Positions 59,611 to 64,000 of a stretch of 64,000 nucleotides of DNA are shown piece by piece. The DNA is from an uncultured Verrucomicrobiae bacterium (GTDB lineage Bacteria > Chlamydiota > Chlamydiia > Chlamydiales > Rhabdochlamydiaceae), in the NCBI GenBank assembly GCA_963806855.1, contig CAWDYW010000001.1, forward strand, positions 160,001-224,000, in the 5' to 3' direction. The position numbers were made by a program, and so were the translations under genes. The number at the start of each line of letters is the position of its first letter. Positions within the stretch are counted from its first letter, which is position 1. Below the pieces are notes generated by a model, which did not search any database, had not been told where the DNA came from, and saw nothing but the letters and a program-made list of their open reading frames with translations.

Positions 59611-61293
59611 CTAAGGTGCGGTGGCTAAACTGTCTGGCGCCTGGTTCTTCTTTTTTCTCTTTGAGAATTGCATAAAGTCTTTGTTTTTGGGCTTAAAGTT
59701 ACTGCCAAATTTGCGAGGACCTTCTCCATCTTCTCTTTTGGCATAGGGGACGAAATCTTTCTTTGTGTTGTTAAACTTATTACCAAATTTGCGAGGACCT
59801 TCTCCATCTTCTCTTTTGGCAAAGGGGACGAAATCTCTCTTTTTATTGTTAAATTCTCTGCCGAATTTGCGAGGCTCAGTTCCGTCGCTAGGGCGATCTT
59901 CTCTTTTGGCAAAGGGAGTGAAATCTCTCTTTTTATTGTTAAATTCTCTGCCGAATTTGCGAGGCTCAGTTCCATCGCTAGGGCGATCTTCTCTTTTGGC
60001 ATAGGGAGTGAAATCTCTCTTTTTGTTGTTAAATTCTCTGCCGAATTTACGAGGACCCTCTCCTTCAGTGCTCCGTTCTTCTCTTCTGTTGTTAAATTTA
60101 TTGCCGCCAAATCTGCGCGGCTCTCTTGGTCCTCTTTGGGAGTAAGCCCCTTTTGACTTTGCAGAGGGTTCGAACCCTTCAATCGTATGAACCGTCATCG
60201 GAGAGCCCATCGTTTGATTGATTTTGGAGATCGCATGCTCCTCTTTATAGGTAGCGAAGGTAATCGCAACCCCTTTTCCTCCGGCTCGACCTGTCCGGCC
60301 AATGCGGTGGATATAATCTTCTGCTTGGAAAGGTAAGTCGATATTGATCACGTGACTCAAGGTCCTGACATCGATCCCGCGGGCGGCCACGTCAGTGGCG
60401 ACTAAAATATTGATATCGCCTCTACGGAGTCTGCCAATTGTTCTGGTCCGCTGCCGTTGACTCATATTGCCATGGAGCGCTTCGGTGACATAACCTTTAT
60501 CGTGCAATTCCTCGGCCAAGGTATCTGCGGCGTTGCGGGTGGCGATGAAGATGATTGCCTGCTCTATCTCTGTATTTGCGAGAATGTGATCTAACAGGCG
60601 CATTTTATGGCCCATCCCGTCGACATAAAAGAGACGCTGCTCGATGTTGACGTTTTCTCTTTGGGAAGGCTCAAGGAGCACTTCCTCCGGATTACGTTGC
60701 AGCTTTTTGGAGAGGCGCAAGATTTTGGTCTCGAGTGTCGCCGAAAAGAGGAGAGTCTGACGATCTTCAGGCGATTCTGCGGCGATCTTCTCAACATCTT
60801 CGATGAATCCCATATCGAGCATTCGGTCAGCTTCGTCGAGAACGAGGAATTTGAGCGAAGAGAGGTCGATCCGTCCCTGCTGCATGTGATCGAGTAGGCG
60901 TCCAGGTGTCGCGACGAGAATATCATGGGGTTTAGAAAGAGCTTTCGTCTGGACTGGATAGGGAACGCCACCATAGATACAGACCGTTTTCATCTGCAGA
61001 TATTTTGAATATTTTTCAGCCACTGCTGTGATTTGCAACGCCAATTCACGCGTCGGCGCTAAAATCAGCACCCGAGCACTTTTGCTCTTGGGCGTGTTTA
61101 GTAATGTTTGGAGAGCGGGGAGCATAAATGCTGCTGTTTTGCCGGTTCCAGTTTGGGCCGAGCATATTAGGTCTGCTCCTGCGAGCACCTTAGGGATGGC
61201 CAGGGCTTGTACGGGGGTAGGCTCCTCATAGCCTAATTCTTGAAGAGCTTTTAAGATCTTTTGATCTAAATTAAATTGGGTAAAATTTGACAC
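59611..61293 (-). CDS. DEAD-box RNA helicase with a repetitive basic C-terminal tail
   Basis: Q motif, AQTGTGKT, PTRELA, TPGRL, DEAD, SAT, ARGID, HRIGRTGRAG; GTG start at 61293 after an AAAGGA RBS. Confidence 0.95.
   Translation of the reverse strand: MSNFTQFNLDQKILKALQELGYEEPTPVQALAIPKVLAGADLICSAQTGTGKTAAFMLPALQTLLNTPKSKSARVLILAPTRELALQITAVAEKYSKYLQMKTVCIYGGVPYPVQTKALSKPHDILVATPGRLLDHMQQGRIDLSSLKFLVLDEADRMLDMGFIEDVEKIAAESPEDRQTLLFSATLETKILRLSKKLQRNPEEVLLEPSQRENVNIEQRLFYVDGMGHKMRLLDHILANTEIEQAIIFIATRNAADTLAEELHDKGYVTEALHGNMSQRQRTRTIGRLRRGDINILVATDVAARGIDVRTLSHVINIDLPFQAEDYIHRIGRTGRAGGKGVAITFATYKEEHAISKINQTMGSPMTVHTIEGFEPSAKSKGAYSQRGPREPRRFGGNKFNNRREERSTEGEGPRKFGREFNNKKRDFTPYAKREDRPSDGTEPRKFGREFNNKKRDFTPFAKREDRPSDGTEPRKFGREFNNKKRDFVPFAKREDGEGPRKFGNKFNNTKKDFVPYAKREDGEGPRKFGSNFKPKNKDFMQFSKRKKKNQAPDSLATAP
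59680..60110 (-). repeat. In-frame tandem repeats (periods 78, 78, 90, 90 nt) in the helicase tail
   Basis: AATTT(G/A)CGAGG recurs at 59708, 59786, 59864, 59954 and 60044; peptide PRKFGREFNNKKRDF(T/V)P(Y/F)AKRED. Confidence 0.92.
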
Positions 61294-61461
61294 AGAAACA
61301 CGTCCTTTTTTTTGTTTAGAACGCCTGCAATCTAATACTATCGCCCTAAAGTTTAGATAAGCATAAAACAATTGTCTATTATTTACCAGTTTTCTTTGGA
61401 GGGAGGCAAAGTACAAATTAATTTAATTCTAAAATAATCGGAATAGTGAGATAATAAGAGC

Positions 61462-62451
61462 ATGACTATAGTAAATAATAATGGTATTTTAACTCAAGCA
61501 TTAAACAATAATCATTTTTTAAAAAGGGAAACGATTATTGCTAGGCCAGAAAAAGTGCAAGGCATATGGGATACCCTGATCAGCACGATCGCTCCACGAA
61601 ATGAGGTGACCGGCAACCGCAATATCACCTTTTTGCCTCGGAGCCTTGAAAAAATCTTAGGGGAGTTCTCCTATCGCTCATTAATCGCCAGCCATGGGGG
61701 ACTAAGTTTCAATCGAGAGAAGAAGCTGCTGGTCGAAAAGGTTAAAAATCAATTACTTCCCCATATTAGGCGAGAATTTGCCTGGGATATTCAGTTAGTC
61801 AGCGGCAAAGAGATGAATGCCATGGCACTACCTGGCGGGAAAATCGTCATTTGTGAAGGAATCATCGATCACATGGTCGATTATCTTAGGCTCCATATAG
61901 ATGAGATCCAAGTTGGATTAAGCCAGCGTAGCAAAAGCCAGCAAGCTGAAGTGCTTGGCCGGGAATTAGAGTCGATGCTAGCGGCTGTCATTGGGCACGA
62001 AATCGCCCATGCCGACATCGGCCATAGCCGCATGGCAATTCAAAGAGTCGTTCTGCTATATGTCATCCTATTCGTCGCGTTTGTCCTAACTTATTTCTTC
62101 TTGGAGAAAGCTGAGCAAGAAGACGAAAAGAAACCAATAAGGAAGGTCTCTAATGGAGCCCGTTTCATCCATGATCATCTCTTGGGTATTGGCTTTCAAC
62201 TCTATACTCTTGCCCAAACCCGCAGTAATGAGTATGAAGCTGACGCGATGGGCATGCAAGTTTACATGCATGAAGCAGGCTATGATCTCAACGGAGCAGT
62301 CCGATTGATGGACATGTTCGTCAAAAAAGATCTCTGCTATCACATGGGACTCTTCGATAGAATTACCGAGTTTTTCTCTACACATCCTCTTTCTGAAAAG
62401 AGAAAGATGCAGGCGATCGAAATCCGAGATCGCGTAAGTCGGACTTTTTAG
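61462..62451 (+). CDS. M48-family zinc metallopeptidase
   Basis: NAMALPGGKIV, GHEIAH (HExxH), EYEAD, FSTHP. Confidence 0.9.
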   Translation: MTIVNNNGILTQALNNNHFLKRETIIARPEKVQGIWDTLISTIAPRNEVTGNRNITFLPRSLEKILGEFSYRSLIASHGGLSFNREKKLLVEKVKNQLLPHIRREFAWDIQLVSGKEMNAMALPGGKIVICEGIIDHMVDYLRLHIDEIQVGLSQRSKSQQAEVLGRELESMLAAVIGHEIAHADIGHSRMAIQRVVLLYVILFVAFVLTYFFLEKAEQEDEKKPIRKVSNGARFIHDHLLGIGFQLYTLAQTRSNEYEADAMGMQVYMHEAGYDLNGAVRLMDMFVKKDLCYHMGLFDRITEFFSTHPLSEKRKMQAIEIRDRVSRTF

Positions 62452-62521
62452 AACGCAAAGACGCCAAGACGCAAAAAAAATTATATTTCGTTGCGTCTTT
62501 GCGCCTTTGCGTCTTTGCGTT
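62452..62521. repeat. Short 8-mer (CGCAAAGA-type) repeat arrays in inverted orientation
   Basis: AACGCAAAGACGCCAAGACGCAA ... TTGCGTCTTTGCGCCTTTGCGTCTTTGCGTT. Confidence 0.75.
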
Positions 62522-63308
62522 GAAAATTGCCGACACTTAAATCGACTTTCTGCAATTCGAAAACCCCTTTTACAGGGTGAGTTTCTAAGAACTGTTTGAA
62601 GATTTCCAAGTCACCCGAAGTATAAAACAGGTGTTTGGGGGATTCTGTTTCCTCAACGCTCATCCTCTTTTTCACTTCTTCGGCGATACTCAAGGAGGGA
62701 TCGAGCACTCGGGTCTCGGGGTCGAGCTCCTCCTCAATCTTTTTTCGGATATGAGGGTAGTGGGTGCAGGCCAAGATCACTGTATCGACCTGTTTGCCTA
62801 AAATCGGCTTGACACACTCGCGGATTAGCTCCTGCACATCTGATTCCCCCCGTTCGATTTTTTGTTCCAACTCCGGGCATGTGAGGGGGAACAAGACACT
62901 GCCGGGCAGCTCTTTCTCGATCGCCTGTTGATAAATCCCTGAACCGATCGTCCCTTCTGTTCCCATGATGGCCATGCGCCGATTTTGGGTCATGGTTTTA
63001 AGCGCGTTGATTGTTGGCTCGACCATCCCGATCATGGGGATGGGAAAGCTTCCTGCTAACGTGGGTAGTACCCTGGTGCTCGCAGTGTGGCAGGGGATGA
63101 CGATCATTTGGACATTGTGGCTTAGGAGGAAGGCGGTGATCTGCGAGGTATAGCGGAGCAGCTGAGCGATACTCTTCTTCCCATAGGGGAAGTGGGCCGA
63201 GTCGCTAAAGTAGATGAAACTTTGGTTGGGGAGGAGGTGCTCGAGCGCTTTGAGGACACTTAGTCCTCCCACTCCAGAATCAAAAAGGGCTATTGGTCGA
63301 TGCGTCAT
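62481..63308 (-). CDS. murI: Glutamate racemase
   Basis: FDSGVGGLSV, FPYGKKS, PCHTAS, LACTHYP. Confidence 0.95.
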   Translation of the reverse strand: MTHRPIALFDSGVGGLSVLKALEHLLPNQSFIYFSDSAHFPYGKKSIAQLLRYTSQITAFLLSHNVQMIVIPCHTASTRVLPTLAGSFPIPMIGMVEPTINALKTMTQNRRMAIMGTEGTIGSGIYQQAIEKELPGSVLFPLTCPELEQKIERGESDVQELIRECVKPILGKQVDTVILACTHYPHIRKKIEEELDPETRVLDPSLSIAEEVKKRMSVEETESPKHLFYTSGDLEIFKQFLETHPVKGVFELQKVDLSVGNFQRKDAKAQRRNEI

Positions 63309-63889
63309 TCGGGTATTTTGAGTTCTTGGCCGATCATGATCGTATTGCCAGTCAAGCTATTGGTTTTTTTGAGGGCGTCGACGGTCACACTGTAATGGCG
63401 AGCAATTTTTTCGAGCGATTCGCCGGAGACCACCTTGTGGACTTGCGCAGTGCGGACAGTGGGAGTGCTAATGGCCTGAGAAATCGAGTTTAAGGTTGTT
63501 TTGAGGTTAGAGATCTCATCGAGCCTGCCGGTATGACTCTTGAGCTGAGAGTCGAGCGCGGCAATCTGGTTGCGGTATTGCTGGAGCGACTCGGTGGTTT
63601 GGCTAAGGTGGGAGCTCAAATTGTGTAGATCGATTTGGATATTGGCCAGCTGCTTTTCTAATTGGTTGATGCGCGCTTCGATGCTGCTGACCTTGATGAG
63701 TGTATTGGGCTTGATCTCGGCCACTTTTTCTTCGAGATTCTCAATATCGATTTTTGTTGCGCCGTAAGCTTGCCGCACATCTAAGAGGGCGACCCGGATC
63801 TCATCAAGGGTATCTTGATTGGATGCCGTTTGAGTTGACATCTGCGGCGCACAGCTAGCTAATAGTAAAAGCAAAATCCAATGTTTCAT
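63305..63889 (-). CDS. Lipoprotein with coiled coil and C-terminal LysM domain
   Basis: LASC lipobox; HKVVSGESLEKIARHY...LKKTN...IGQELKIP. Confidence 0.9.
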   Translation of the reverse strand: MKHWILLLLLASCAPQMSTQTASNQDTLDEIRVALLDVRQAYGATKIDIENLEEKVAEIKPNTLIKVSSIEARINQLEKQLANIQIDLHNLSSHLSQTTESLQQYRNQIAALDSQLKSHTGRLDEISNLKTTLNSISQAISTPTVRTAQVHKVVSGESLEKIARHYSVTVDALKKTNSLTGNTIMIGQELKIPE

Positions 63890-64000
63890 TTTTCAAATAT
63901 CTTAAATTCTGCACGTCGATTGATTGACCAAGCATCAGGGTTATGCCCTTGAGCTTCAGGTTGTTCTTTCCCATAGGAGATCGAGTGGATTTGGTTTGGA
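63886..64000 (-). CDS. pal: Peptidoglycan-associated lipoprotein (OmpA/Pal family), 3' end only
   Basis: Translates to ...ISYGKEQPEAQGHNPDAWSINRRAEFKIFEK*. Confidence 0.9.
   Translation of the reverse strand, partial: PNQIHSISYGKEQPEAQGHNPDAWSINRRAEFKIFEK

Noticed and set aside
59680..60110. Possible CRISPR-like repeat-spacer array
   Set aside because: Units are in-frame coding repeats in the helicase tail, and the intervening parts are also repeated

Overview
Chromosomal window from an environmental chlamydia (Chlamydiota, probably Simkaniaceae/Rhabdochlamydiaceae-like). The assignment rests on the chlamydial sigma66 N-terminus, the rpsT-rpoD neighbourhood, the chlamydial gspD-E-F-pseudopilin cluster and the pal-LysM order. 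Core genes (rpsT, coiA-like, rpoD, dinG, tRNA-Ala, aspC/tyrB, mreC, mutY, T2SS, cold-shock gene, coaD, rsmD, OmpR-type regulator, DEAD-box helicase, murI, pal) are interspersed with accessory material. Many genes, including essential rpoD, carry 1-nt indels that look like assembly errors. Highlights: (1) a solitary IS200/IS605 (TnpB-type) omegaRNA-like locus at about 690-896 (-) with its own sigma70-like promoter and no tnpB nearby; (2) a candidate RING-type ubiquitin ligase effector with tandem MIU-like motifs; (3) two ~0.8-1 kb branched palindromic elements whose central module is inverted and one arm swapped between copies, plus four ~165-bp structure-conserved palindromes; (4) two tandem Cys/His-rich, possibly HNH-like effector paralogues inserted between rsmD and coaD; (5) diverged duplicates of both ends of dinG that bracket cargo genes with no integrase; (6) an AT-rich island of signal-peptide-bearing methyl- and glycosyltransferases; (7) an intact but catalytically eroded P1B-type ATPase. 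All calls come from reading the sequence by eye; no database searches were run.
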